DNA of 24,000 nucleotides from Snodgrassella alvi wkB2 (GTDB lineage Bacteria; Pseudomonadota; Gammaproteobacteria; Burkholderiales; Neisseriaceae): NCBI RefSeq assembly GCF_000600005.1, contig NZ_CP007446.1, positions 746,894 to 770,893 of the forward strand, read 5' to 3'. Shown piece by piece: positions 15,377 to 24,000 of this stretch (position 1 is its first letter; each line of letters starts with the position of its first letter). The notes under the pieces were generated by a model. It saw only the letters and a program-made list of their open reading frames with translations, ran no database searches and was not told where the DNA came from. The position numbers and the translations under genes were made by a program.

Positions 15377-16738
15377 ATGAGTGGCGGAACAAAGAAAAAG
15401 TCGCATTCTCAGTGGAGCTCGCGGATGGGGTTTATGCTCGCCGCAGCAGGTTCAGCAGTTGGTTTAGGTAATATCTGGAAATTTCCCTATATGGCCGGTC
15501 AGATGGGCGGTTCTGCATTTGTGCTTACCTATCTGATTTGCATGTTTGTAATTGGTTTACCTATTCTGGTGGCTGAGTGGCTGATTGGCCGTCGCGGGCA
15601 GAAAAATCCGATTCATACCATGGAAGATGTAGCTGCTGATGAAGGGCAATCTAAATCATGGCGCTGGGTAGGTATTATCGGCGTACTTGGTTCATTCCTG
15701 ATTCTTTCTTTTTACAGTGTTATTGGCGGGTGGGCTGCTGATTACATTTTTCTTGCCGGTACTGGTACTTTTAAAGGTTTAAATGGTGAGGGCACCGGTC
15801 AGGTCTTCCAGCAATTTCTTGGTAGTGTAAGCCATTTACTTACATGGCATACCGTCTTCATGTTTACTACCGCTTTGATTGTAGCCATGGGTGTTGGTGC
15901 CGGTTTGGAACGTTCTTGTAAAGTGATGATGCCGGGGCTGGGCCTATTACTGATTGGTCTGGTAGTTTATGCGGCTGTTGTCAGCGGACCTTCATTTGGC
16001 AAGGCTTTTGCTTTCCTATTTACTCCTAACTGGTCTGCTATTACCGGTAAGGCAGTACTGGCGGCATTGGGGCATGCATTTTTCAGCTTGTCTCTGGGCA
16101 TGGGTATTATGATGGCTTACGGTTCCTATCTGGGTAAAGATGTGAATCTGATTTCTACAGCACGTACTGTAGTTATTCTGGACGTTATTGTTGCCATGTT
16201 ATCTGGTATGGCCATTTTCCCGCTGGTATTTGCCAATGGTCTGCAACCGGGAGAAGGTCCGGGTCTGATTTTTGTTACCTTACCTATCGCTTTCGGCAAT
16301 ATGGCCGGTGGTACTATTATTGGTGTTGTATTCTTTATTTTCCTGACTTTCGCCGCCCTGACTTCCTCAATTTCATTGCTGGAGCCGACAGTTGAATTAC
16401 TGGAAGAAAAAACCCATTTGGGACGTAAATCAGCGACTTTAGTAAGTAGTTTGGTAATCTGGGCATTGGGCATTGCCTGCCTGCTATCATTTAATGCATG
16501 GCAGGATATTACAATTTTCGGCAAAAATATTTTTGATTCTCTCGATTATCTGACCAGTAAGCTTATGCTACCGTTAACCGGTCTTGGTACGATTGTATTT
16601 GCCGGCTGGATGATGAATCAGGAAAGAATTCGTCAGGAACTGAATTTAGGTCCGGCTGTATTTGCTTGTTGGAAAGTGCTATGCCGCTATGTTATTCCGA
16701 TAGCCGTAATAGCAATTCTGATTTATGGATTTATGTAA
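15377..16738 (+). CDS. sodium-dependent transporter, neurotransmitter:sodium symporter (SNF) family
   Basis: The N-terminal signature is WSSRMGFMLAAAGSAVGLGNIWKFPY. The protein is polytopic and hydrophobic throughout, with about 12 TM helices. Confidence 0.92.
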   Translation: MSGGTKKKSHSQWSSRMGFMLAAAGSAVGLGNIWKFPYMAGQMGGSAFVLTYLICMFVIGLPILVAEWLIGRRGQKNPIHTMEDVAADEGQSKSWRWVGIIGVLGSFLILSFYSVIGGWAADYIFLAGTGTFKGLNGEGTGQVFQQFLGSVSHLLTWHTVFMFTTALIVAMGVGAGLERSCKVMMPGLGLLLIGLVVYAAVVSGPSFGKAFAFLFTPNWSAITGKAVLAALGHAFFSLSLGMGIMMAYGSYLGKDVNLISTARTVVILDVIVAMLSGMAIFPLVFANGLQPGEGPGLIFVTLPIAFGNMAGGTIIGVVFFIFLTFAALTSSISLLEPTVELLEEKTHLGRKSATLVSSLVIWALGIACLLSFNAWQDITIFGKNIFDSLDYLTSKLMLPLTGLGTIVFAGWMMNQERIRQELNLGPAVFACWKVLCRYVIPIAVIAILIYGFM

Positions 16739-16770
16739 TCAATATATAGTTAATATTCTCATATCTGAGT

Positions 16771-16806
16771 AAAAAAATCCCGGAACTATCCGGGATTTTC
16801 TTTTAT
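16771..16806. terminator. bidirectional rho-independent terminator between the convergent SNF transporter and yafJ-like genes
   Basis: An A-run (aaaaaaa) precedes the stem tcccgga (16778-16784), loop acta, tccggga (16789-16795), followed by ttttctttt. Confidence 0.8.
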
Positions 16807-16999
16807 GGATTCACTAATTACTATAGAAAATGCCTGAAAGCAGATATAGATATTTAATGAATATCTGGATTTGCATCAAATATCTGCAATTGTTACTATA
16901 CTTTAATCTGATTTCAATCCATTCTGGATAAATAACATAAGATAGTTCAGTTTATAACAGATTTTCTGAAATCTTAGTTTCTTAGTTCAATTTAACCTG

Positions 17000-17842
17000 T
17001 TACATGCTAACGCCGGCTTTGCGCGCGATGGCCAGACCATCTTCTACACTCATATATTGAGCCGGCTGGATACAATCGCGCAAAACAATTTCTCCCTGGC
17101 TGAACATCACCAGTTCATTAACCGCCAGTTGTTGCCACTGCTCATTACAGGTAAGCGGTAATGTGGCAATTACGGCTACACGATCATGTGGCGTAGTAAC
17201 CGCGGAAAAATCAATAGCCACGTCTTCATCTGCCAGAACAGCCTTACCAAAAGGTGCTTGCCGGATAATATAAAAAAGCAGGGTGCTGGCATGGGCAATT
17301 AACCAGTCACCATTCGAAAGCATATAATTAAATAAACCATACTGACGCAGCTCAGCAGTAATTTCTGCTATAGCATTAAATAAAATTTCTCGCGAAGGCT
17401 TGTGACGAAAGCGCTGGCGTAGCTGCTCAAGAAGATAGCAGAAGGCTTGTTCTGAATCCGTAGTACCTACCGGGTTGAAATATTCACCTTCAGAAGGATT
17501 AAAACGGCGCAAATTGCCATTATGTGCAAACACCCAGTATTCTCCCCATAACTCGCGTACAAACGGATGTGTATTTACTAAGTGCACTTGTCCCTGAGTA
17601 GCTTTGCGAATATGGGCTATTACATTTTCCGATTTGATTTTATATTGCTGCACCAAATCCGCTACAGGTGAGCTGGCACAAGGCTTATCATCCTGAAGTA
17701 GACGCACTCCGTGCCCCTCGAAAAAAGCAATGCCGAAACCATCTGCATGGCTGTCAGTCAGACCTCCCCGCAAACGAAAACCTTCAAAAGAAAAGACAAT
17801 ATCAGTAGGGGTATTGCAATCCATGCCTAACAACTGGCACAT
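17000..17842 (-). CDS. yafJ: class II (Ntn) glutamine amidotransferase, YafJ-like
   Basis: It starts MCQLLGM, with the nucleophile Cys at position 2. It is collinear with E. coli YafJ, including HIRKATQG, NTHPF.RELWG, AHNG and TDSEQAFC. Confidence 0.88.
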   Translation of the reverse strand: MCQLLGMDCNTPTDIVFSFEGFRLRGGLTDSHADGFGIAFFEGHGVRLLQDDKPCASSPVADLVQQYKIKSENVIAHIRKATQGQVHLVNTHPFVRELWGEYWVFAHNGNLRRFNPSEGEYFNPVGTTDSEQAFCYLLEQLRQRFRHKPSREILFNAIAEITAELRQYGLFNYMLSNGDWLIAHASTLLFYIIRQAPFGKAVLADEDVAIDFSAVTTPHDRVAVIATLPLTCNEQWQQLAVNELVMFSQGEIVLRDCIQPAQYMSVEDGLAIARKAGVSM

Positions 17843-17951
17843 TTATTATTTCTCCATAAATAAATTAATAATTTAATATTTGCTGTTTCATCAAGTAAAG
17901 ATTATACATCCTGATTATAGTAATCAATAACTGATGCCAATATTTACCTGT

Positions 17952-17980
17952 AAAAAAAGCCTGTAACTGCTGTTACAGGC
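17952..17980 (-). terminator. rho-independent terminator after the RTX gene
   Basis: The minus strand reads gcctgtaac, a 4-nt loop, gttacaggc, then ttttttt. It lies about 35 nt downstream of the RTX stop codon. Confidence 0.85.
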
Positions 17981-18013
17981 ATAAATTCAAATTAACAGAA
18001 CAGAAACTTGCTT

Positions 18014-21000
18014 TTATACAGCCGAAACACTCAAATAATTATCAGCAGTACCTAAAAGTTTATCCTGTGGCGGTGATATTGCCATGCTGCTATCAGCAAG
18101 TCCTGAACTCATAGCCACCATTGCCTGCTTGAGTAACATCGCATCAGCGTAATTAAAACCGGAATTGATAATTTCATTGGCATAGTTATCCGGTGCCGCA
18201 TTCTTTACAGGAATTCTGGCAAGGCCTGCGGCATAATTGCCTGAATCTTCATGCAGACTATTGTCAGCAGAATGGAACAGGTGATTACTGAGAGCCGAAT
18301 CTTTTTCAAACTGCGGAATAAGGGGCATATCAACAGGTTTTCGCTTTGTAAGCAGGCTTAATAAAGTTTGCCCATGCTTACCATCTTCGGTAAATATAAT
18401 ATTGCCTAAATCAGAATCTTTGCCCCGGTTTTTCAAATTATAGCCGAGCAGATAAATAGTATCGCCTTTAACCCCGTTTTTAATCACTATTCCGTCTTTA
18501 TAAGCACTGAAAGTAAGCGATTTTATCTGATCAACCTTAATATAAGACAATCCATTATGGTCTTCAATTGTAGTGATGCCGTCGCCGTTTTTAATTACAT
18601 ACATATCATCACCCATACCGCCATTTAGATAGTCATTGCCTTTACCACCGTTAAGCAAATCATTACCGGCTCCGCCATATAAATTATCATCGCCCAGGCC
18701 TCCATACAGCTGATCATTGCCATCATCACCCTGTAAATTATCATTGCCGCTGCCGCCACTGATAAAATCGTTTCCATCTCCTCCGAAGATAACGTCATTA
18801 CCACTGGTTTTTGCATTATCGCTATTTACAAGTTCTTCACTGTCGCCATAAATAATATCATTACCATCACCACCATAAATCACATCATCACCACCACTGC
18901 CAATCAGCCGGTCGTTACCGATACCTCCATCAATGTAATCATTACCATAACCCCCATTAATATAATCGTCTCCTCCTTCACCATATAAAACATCATTTCC
19001 AGAAAAACTTTCTAATTCTTGCAAAACATCTCCATATATTCTGTCATTACCCTCTCCGCCGTATATAACATCATCGCCGGTATATTTAGAATTTTCGGTT
19101 GTAATTAAAATAGGATCACTAGAACCACCCGAACCAATTCCCCAACCAATAATATTATTGAAATCACCGATAATTATATCGTCGCCATTTCCACCATAAA
19201 GGTAATCATGACCACCGCCGCCGAATATAACATCATTTCCTTCGCCGCCATCAACTTCATCAGTACCATATCCGGCATCAATAATATCATTACCATTTCC
19301 GCCAAACAGATGATCATTACCGTTTATTGAACAGTCAGCATCGACAAAATTTTTATTCTCATCACCCCATATCTTATCATCGCCATCGCCCCCGAAAATC
19401 CAATCGTCTCCACCGCCGCCTATTAAACTATCATTGCCGGCGCCGCCATCAATATAGTCTGCACCCTGAATTTCTTTGTTATTCTCATCATCCCCGTAAA
19501 TAACGTCATTGCCTTCATCGCCATAAAGCTCATCATTACCGTGGCCGCCATAAATTGTGTCATGATCAGCGCCGCCATGAATCACATCGTCTCCGTAGCC
19601 ACCATACAGCTCATCATTACCGGCATCGCCCCAGATATGATCATTGCATGTTAATTGTGAAAAATTTCTATTCATATCATAAGAATCGCCATATATAATG
19701 TCTTCGTCATTACCGCCATAGAGAAAATCATCGCCACCACCACCTACAATAAAGTCTTTACCGGCACCGCCATAAATGGTGTCACTACCATGATATTGGC
19801 TATCAAGTATTTCTCTTGATGTCTTTCCACCATCATCGCCATAAATTTTGTCATCACCATCGCCGCCAATAATCACATCATTGCCGCCACCACCAATGAT
19901 TTCATCATCACCTTCGCCGCCATCAATGTGATCATCTCCATGAGCCCTGCCAGCAAGAGAATTTAAGTGACCTAGTCTAACAAGACCATCGCCATATAAG
20001 ATATCTTTGCCCTTGCCACCGACAATATAATCATTGCCACCCATACCAAAAACGACATCATCTCCTTCTTGCGTACTGCCCGGTGCTACCGAATCACCTT
20101 CGATATAATCATTCAGATTACCACCAACAATAAAGTCATTGCCCTCATCACCATATAGAAAATCTCCCCCATATGACATACCGTCCACAGCAGAGATGGG
20201 CTCATCAAAACAGTCGCTAATACCAGAGATAATCAAATAATTACCTCTTTCTACAAATATACCCCAGTTTGGGCCAGCATGAATCAGTTTTTTACCATAA
20301 TCAGGCATCTTCCAGCGCTCATCCGGCTTCTCTCGTTGAGATATCGTTAAATGATTATTGGCAAAAATATAATCATCTCCGGCACCACCTCTGATGGTAT
20401 CGGAGCCACCGCCGCCTGCGAGCAGATCCATGCCATCGCCACCCAGAATCACATCATCACCGGCCATGCCATCAATAGCATCGCCGCCGTCCAGCCCCGA
20501 AATTTCATCATCATTGGCTGTGCCGAAAATAACATCCTCAAAGCCGTTTTCTTGTTTACCATCGATAATACGGCCGTCGGCACTGCGCTTATCCCAATCA
20601 TAGTGATAATGGCCTTTAAGAGACTCTAACTCTTCCTCAAAATGGCCTTCTACATGAATGATTTTCGTGCGCCAGTCGCCCAGAATTTTATTTTTTTCCT
20701 TAGGCGGGCGCATATTGGGTAAATTAATGCCGAGTTTATTTCCTTTAAGCTCATTCCATCCCTCAATAGTAAGAATATCTTTATTGTCTGTCAGGGACTG
20801 AATGCATAAATCACCGGTTTTATTCAGCCACACCTGCCATTTATTATCCTCTGACTGCCATACATTCAGCTCTTTCCCTATCCACTGATATGATGAAAAA
20901 ATCTTATTGTCCAGATAGATATAGCCATTACCATCACTATCGATAATACGATCCTGCCCATCATCTGCATTGAAATAATAACGGTCTGTTCCCTCACCAC

Positions 21001-22801
21001 CAGTCAATAAATCATTGCCGCTACCGCCAATCAACGTATCATTCCCGGCACCACCATATAAATAGTCATCGCCGGCGCCGCCATCGATAACATCATCACC
21101 GCGACCACCTATAATCACATCACCTAAACTACTGCCAGAATGAGTACCAGTGGCATTATCAGAAAGCATCAGCACCACATGGCCGGCTTGAGTTATCGCA
21201 CCATTGGTCACCCAGCTTAGGCCGGTATTCGCATCACGAAAACGAATCACATCATCTTTACCAAAACCATATTTCGTCCGGATAGACTCAACCAGCTCTT
21301 TCTGTTGCCGCAGATGCATGGTTAGCTGCTGATTAATATCAATCTCGGGAGCCGGAGTAGGCGACAGCCCATTGAGCAGGGCACGTACATACTCATTGTG
21401 TTCTACTGCCTCAGCGTATTTCATCTCCTGAATGGCCCAGCAGCGGATTTTAATCCAGTCTTCACCTACATCATCCACACTTCTTTGCTGTGGCGTAAAA
21501 TCCGGATTCAATACCACCACCGGATTCAACTGCAACAGCGCATGTAAATACTGCGATACCTTAGCTGTTTCTCCCTTATTGGTTAAATTCTGCAAAATAC
21601 TCAGCACACTATCCGGCGTAGCATCAATATATTCCAGCTCATATTTGAATTCATACTCATCTGTTGCACCCGCTATCGGCCTGCGATGCCCAGCTTTAGG
21701 CTCAAAAACAAACCCCAATCCCTTATCCAGAAAGTTAATCTCATTAATGGAAGACAGTAGCGCGCTAGAACTATCGGCCAGATTTTCATTTAATACCGCG
21801 GCGATAATCCATTTAGTCATACTCGCGCCGCCCATCAATTGCCAGTTATTGGCCAGCCGCTTCTGCGTGGCAGCAGAAGTATTCTGATTGGCAAAAAACT
21901 TGCCGGTAAGTCTGTTTTCCGGCGTAGCATAATCCTTATACCAAGTATGAGTTGAACCATAAACAAGTATATTATCGCCAACCTTTTCCTTGGCAAAAGC
22001 AGTGAAAGCAGCCGCCATATCCGTATCTTTGCACCACTGCCGCGCCTGCTGCTGCTCAGCACTGGAAACGGCCACCTTTTTATAGCCAAGTACATTAGCC
22101 AACTTCTCCACATCGGTGCCTACTACAATATTAGCGATAGGAAAATTAATTGAATAAGCAGCATTCTTGATAATGTAGTCTATTGGCGCAACCTCACCGT
22201 TGGACTTATTAACGTAAATGTAGCCCTTCTGCGCATCCCGCATTACTCCGTATAACATCAGGCTTACCCATGAGCCTTTAAGCTTGGTTCCCTTAGTAGC
22301 CCGCATATGCTGCCACATATTTTCCACAACCTGCTTACCACCAATCACCTGACCATCGCTTCCGGTAGCCGAAGCATGATTCTGGATAATCGACATCGGT
22401 GTATACAGCGTCCAGTAGCCGATATCCAGCTTATTGTCTTTAAAAACTTTTGCATGAAAGTCTAACATTTCATCATAGGTAATATCTTCACCGCCTTTAC
22501 CTTCATTTAGTTTTTTTTGCAGCATGGCTAGATAGCCCAGCGCCATATCGCGCCGTACACTGTCAACCCGCGCTTGGGGGAGCTTTTGTTTATGGTCTTT
22601 GGCCACCGCCTGCATAAACTGCAAAGCGCCATTGCCAGTAAGGGTATCAGCCGTGGCCACCCCAAATGCCCATTGAGCATAGTCATAGCCTTTTTTGGCC
22701 AGCGCCTGATACACTTCCCCAATAGCCGACAGCTCGCCGGTTTTGATTTGCTCGCTCCAAGTATCTATTTCTTTTTTAGTTAAGACCTGTGGTTGAGACA
22801 T
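18014..22801 (-). CDS. large RTX (repeats-in-toxin) calcium-binding protein with an unassigned N-terminal domain of about 560 aa
   Basis: There are dozens of GGxGxDxUx nonapeptides, for example GGAGDDYLYGGAGNDTLIGGSGNDLLTGGEGTD. The C-terminal region of about 190 aa lacks repeats, consistent with a T1SS signal. I prefer the ATG at 22801 (MSQPQVL), which has AAGAGG 8 nt upstream. The ORF-track start at 22840 has no RBS. Confidence 0.92.
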   Translation of the reverse strand: MSQPQVLTKKEIDTWSEQIKTGELSAIGEVYQALAKKGYDYAQWAFGVATADTLTGNGALQFMQAVAKDHKQKLPQARVDSVRRDMALGYLAMLQKKLNEGKGGEDITYDEMLDFHAKVFKDNKLDIGYWTLYTPMSIIQNHASATGSDGQVIGGKQVVENMWQHMRATKGTKLKGSWVSLMLYGVMRDAQKGYIYVNKSNGEVAPIDYIIKNAAYSINFPIANIVVGTDVEKLANVLGYKKVAVSSAEQQQARQWCKDTDMAAAFTAFAKEKVGDNILVYGSTHTWYKDYATPENRLTGKFFANQNTSAATQKRLANNWQLMGGASMTKWIIAAVLNENLADSSSALLSSINEINFLDKGLGFVFEPKAGHRRPIAGATDEYEFKYELEYIDATPDSVLSILQNLTNKGETAKVSQYLHALLQLNPVVVLNPDFTPQQRSVDDVGEDWIKIRCWAIQEMKYAEAVEHNEYVRALLNGLSPTPAPEIDINQQLTMHLRQQKELVESIRTKYGFGKDDVIRFRDANTGLSWVTNGAITQAGHVVLMLSDNATGTHSGSSLGDVIIGGRGDDVIDGGAGDDYLYGGAGNDTLIGGSGNDLLTGGEGTDRYYFNADDGQDRIIDSDGNGYIYLDNKIFSSYQWIGKELNVWQSEDNKWQVWLNKTGDLCIQSLTDNKDILTIEGWNELKGNKLGINLPNMRPPKEKNKILGDWRTKIIHVEGHFEEELESLKGHYHYDWDKRSADGRIIDGKQENGFEDVIFGTANDDEISGLDGGDAIDGMAGDDVILGGDGMDLLAGGGGSDTIRGGAGDDYIFANNHLTISQREKPDERWKMPDYGKKLIHAGPNWGIFVERGNYLIISGISDCFDEPISAVDGMSYGGDFLYGDEGNDFIVGGNLNDYIEGDSVAPGSTQEGDDVVFGMGGNDYIVGGKGKDILYGDGLVRLGHLNSLAGRAHGDDHIDGGEGDDEIIGGGGNDVIIGGDGDDKIYGDDGGKTSREILDSQYHGSDTIYGGAGKDFIVGGGGDDFLYGGNDEDIIYGDSYDMNRNFSQLTCNDHIWGDAGNDELYGGYGDDVIHGGADHDTIYGGHGNDELYGDEGNDVIYGDDENNKEIQGADYIDGGAGNDSLIGGGGDDWIFGGDGDDKIWGDENKNFVDADCSINGNDHLFGGNGNDIIDAGYGTDEVDGGEGNDVIFGGGGHDYLYGGNGDDIIIGDFNNIIGWGIGSGGSSDPILITTENSKYTGDDVIYGGEGNDRIYGDVLQELESFSGNDVLYGEGGDDYINGGYGNDYIDGGIGNDRLIGSGGDDVIYGGDGNDIIYGDSEELVNSDNAKTSGNDVIFGGDGNDFISGGSGNDNLQGDDGNDQLYGGLGDDNLYGGAGNDLLNGGKGNDYLNGGMGDDMYVIKNGDGITTIEDHNGLSYIKVDQIKSLTFSAYKDGIVIKNGVKGDTIYLLGYNLKNRGKDSDLGNIIFTEDGKHGQTLLSLLTKRKPVDMPLIPQFEKDSALSNHLFHSADNSLHEDSGNYAAGLARIPVKNAAPDNYANEIINSGFNYADAMLLKQAMVAMSSGLADSSMAISPPQDKLLGTADNYLSVSAV
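18596..21124 (-). repeat. RTX nonapeptide repeat-coding region in three blocks (about 20966-21124, 20357-20530 and 18596-20173)
   Basis: Block limits were obtained by counting residues in the translation (aa 573-625, 771-828 and 890-1415 of the 1608-aa ORF-track numbering). Non-repeat beta-rich linkers lie between the blocks. Confidence 0.85.
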
Positions 22802-22855
22802 ATTTTTACCTCTTTCATCAGTTGTTAACAATATAGACATAAATAGCAGGAATTT

Positions 22856-23746
22856 TTACATCTTTCCTGCCTGCTTCTTAATTAATGCGCCTTTATCCGT
22901 AACCACCCAGCTATCCAGTATGCCGGCTATATTTTTTTCGGTTTGCTGCCATTTTTCTAAATAAATCCGGTCATAGCTTATATCTACCACCACTGGCATA
23001 CTGTCGATATAGAATTCGTGGGTGCAAGATTGAATTTCGCCTGTAAAATCACATTGAATATAGGTTTTAATATCACCTTGCGGATTTTTGGACATCAAAA
23101 TATCCGGCCCGGCGATATTATCCTGCCACGGCTGATTGGTGCTGGGATCAATCCCATTATTGGCTTTGAAATAAGTTAAGCCATATATTTTTTGTGGTTG
23201 TTCAAAATAGTCAAAGTGCCAGACTTCTTTTTTAGCTTGCTGAGTGTCAGTAAACGCTTTATTAAAATTAAGTGGCTGATGTGGATCAACAATATTGTAA
23301 ACAATGGTATAGCCCCATGGAAACGGCTTTCCCTGTGGAATCAAAGTTCTGTTATCACGCAGATAATCCTCTTCCGTCTGCTCCCTATAGCTCATCACCG
23401 CGCCATCTGTCAGCCGGTACTGAAAAGCAAAACTACTAATAGGCAATTGGTAAGTAATCGGCGGGCGCTGATACTTTTGTGCTTGTTTGCTGGTATCGAA
23501 ATCGCCCGGGTCGCCGATATAGTGTACCCAGGTAAACACCACACCACCGGGGATACTTACCGGCTTGCCGCCCAGATTACCAATAGAATCATAGCGGCCA
23601 AATCTGTCCTGATGGCGTACTATAGGCGTCGGTTGCTGTTGCGGCGCCGCTTTATCGCCGGTTTGCTTAACATCATCACAACCAGCCAGCAGTAGCAGGC
23701 AACTTAAACAGATAAGCTTGAAATACAGTTTAAATATGCTCTTCAT
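22856..23746 (-). CDS. lipoprotein of unknown function, encoded immediately upstream of and co-oriented with the RTX gene
   Basis: The signal peptide has the lipobox LLLAGC (Cys23) followed by DD. GAGGA lies upstream of the ATG. Its stop is 52 nt before the RTX start with no terminator between them. Confidence 0.8.
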   Translation of the reverse strand: MKSIFKLYFKLICLSCLLLLAGCDDVKQTGDKAAPQQQPTPIVRHQDRFGRYDSIGNLGGKPVSIPGGVVFTWVHYIGDPGDFDTSKQAQKYQRPPITYQLPISSFAFQYRLTDGAVMSYREQTEEDYLRDNRTLIPQGKPFPWGYTIVYNIVDPHQPLNFNKAFTDTQQAKKEVWHFDYFEQPQKIYGLTYFKANNGIDPSTNQPWQDNIAGPDILMSKNPQGDIKTYIQCDFTGEIQSCTHEFYIDSMPVVVDISYDRIYLEKWQQTEKNIAGILDSWVVTDKGALIKKQAGKM

Positions 23747-23935
23747 ACAGATTTGTCCTCTATAGCTAATATAGAAATTATCACAGTTTTAACCTAAAGG
23801 AAATAATCAGTTATACAAAATTTAATCTATGTAATGAAATAGTAAGCTAAAAGCAATAATTATTTTACTTTAGATATATTGCGGCAGAAGTAAGTGGAAT
23901 TTAATGGTGAAACAATACTATTAGGTTTAGTATAA

Positions 23936-24000
23936 ATGGCAAAATTTATTTTAAGCCTAACTACTTTAATATTAGTACTGCTTATTATTCTATATGCTTA
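23936..24000 (+). CDS. possible 5' end of a membrane or secreted protein gene running off the window
   Basis: An ATG at 23936 opens MAKFILSLTTLILVLLIILYA, a hydrophobic helix. There is no convincing RBS and only 21 codons are visible. Confidence 0.2.
   Translation, partial: MAKFILSLTTLILVLLIILYA

Noticed and set aside
16840-16892. Nested inverted repeats gcagatat...atatctgc and agatatt-taatg-aatatct downstream of yafJ
   Set aside because: The stems are short and AT-only with no adjacent T- or A-run. The strong bidirectional terminator at 16771-16806 already accounts for termination of both convergent genes.
18596-21124. Periodic short repeats that might suggest a CRISPR array or a VNTR
   Set aside because: The periodicity is 27 nt, degenerate, and in frame with a continuous ORF encoding the GGxGxDxUx motif. 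There are no unique spacers and no cas genes.
18625-22783. ORFs on the plus strand and in alternative minus-strand frames within the RTX gene (20351-20629, 20394-20603, 21432-21887, 22574-22783, 18625-18816, 21835-22113, 22528-22722)
   Set aside because: They are antisense or out of frame relative to a 1595-aa gene with unmistakable RTX repeats. Repetitive GGxGxD coding sequence produces open alternative frames.
23192-23695. 167-aa plus-strand ORF opposite the lipoprotein gene
   Set aside because: It is antisense to an ORF that has a proper lipobox signal peptide, an RBS and an operon context. Its own translation has no start context or recognisable features.

Overview
The window is a chromosomal segment from a proteobacterium of roughly 40-45% GC. 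ClpX, Mpl, PbpG and YafJ resemble Neisseriaceae orthologues as far as I recall, but this taxon call is tentative and was not checked against a database. Ordinary core genes make up most of the window: mpl (5' end off-window), a stand-alone HTH/S24 LexA-like repressor, clpX, pbpG, a ydfG-like SDR followed by zur, a carbon-nitrogen hydrolase, an SNF-family Na+ symporter and a yafJ-like amidotransferase. Three accessory blocks interrupt them. (1) At about 7288-11700 there is a GC-rich tet(C) tetracycline-resistance island. It carries pSC101-type tetA(C)/tetR(C) with their divergent promoter-operator and a 5' fragment of a tyrosine recombinase gene. It is joined to an IS200/IS605-family element with divergent tnpA (Y1/HUH) and tnpB (RuvC plus zinc finger). 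The left end of that element replaces the last codons of tetR, and its right end cannot be recognised. (2) Directly next to it (11963-14207) lies a very AT-rich two-gene membrane di-iron cassette. It encodes a fatty-acid-hydroxylase/sterol-desaturase-superfamily protein with extra C-terminal TM helices, plus a front-end-type fatty acid desaturase. Its role is unknown. (3) At 18014-23746 (minus strand) a lipoprotein gene precedes a gene for a roughly 1595-aa RTX protein. That protein has an unassigned N-terminal domain of about 560 aa, and no T1SS or acyltransferase genes are nearby. The layout recalls frpD-frpC of Neisseria meningitidis. I saw no rRNA, tRNA or CRISPR. Several clean rho-independent terminators and a few candidate regulatory palindromes are listed. 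All homology statements come from reading the translations and from memory of reference proteins, not from searches.
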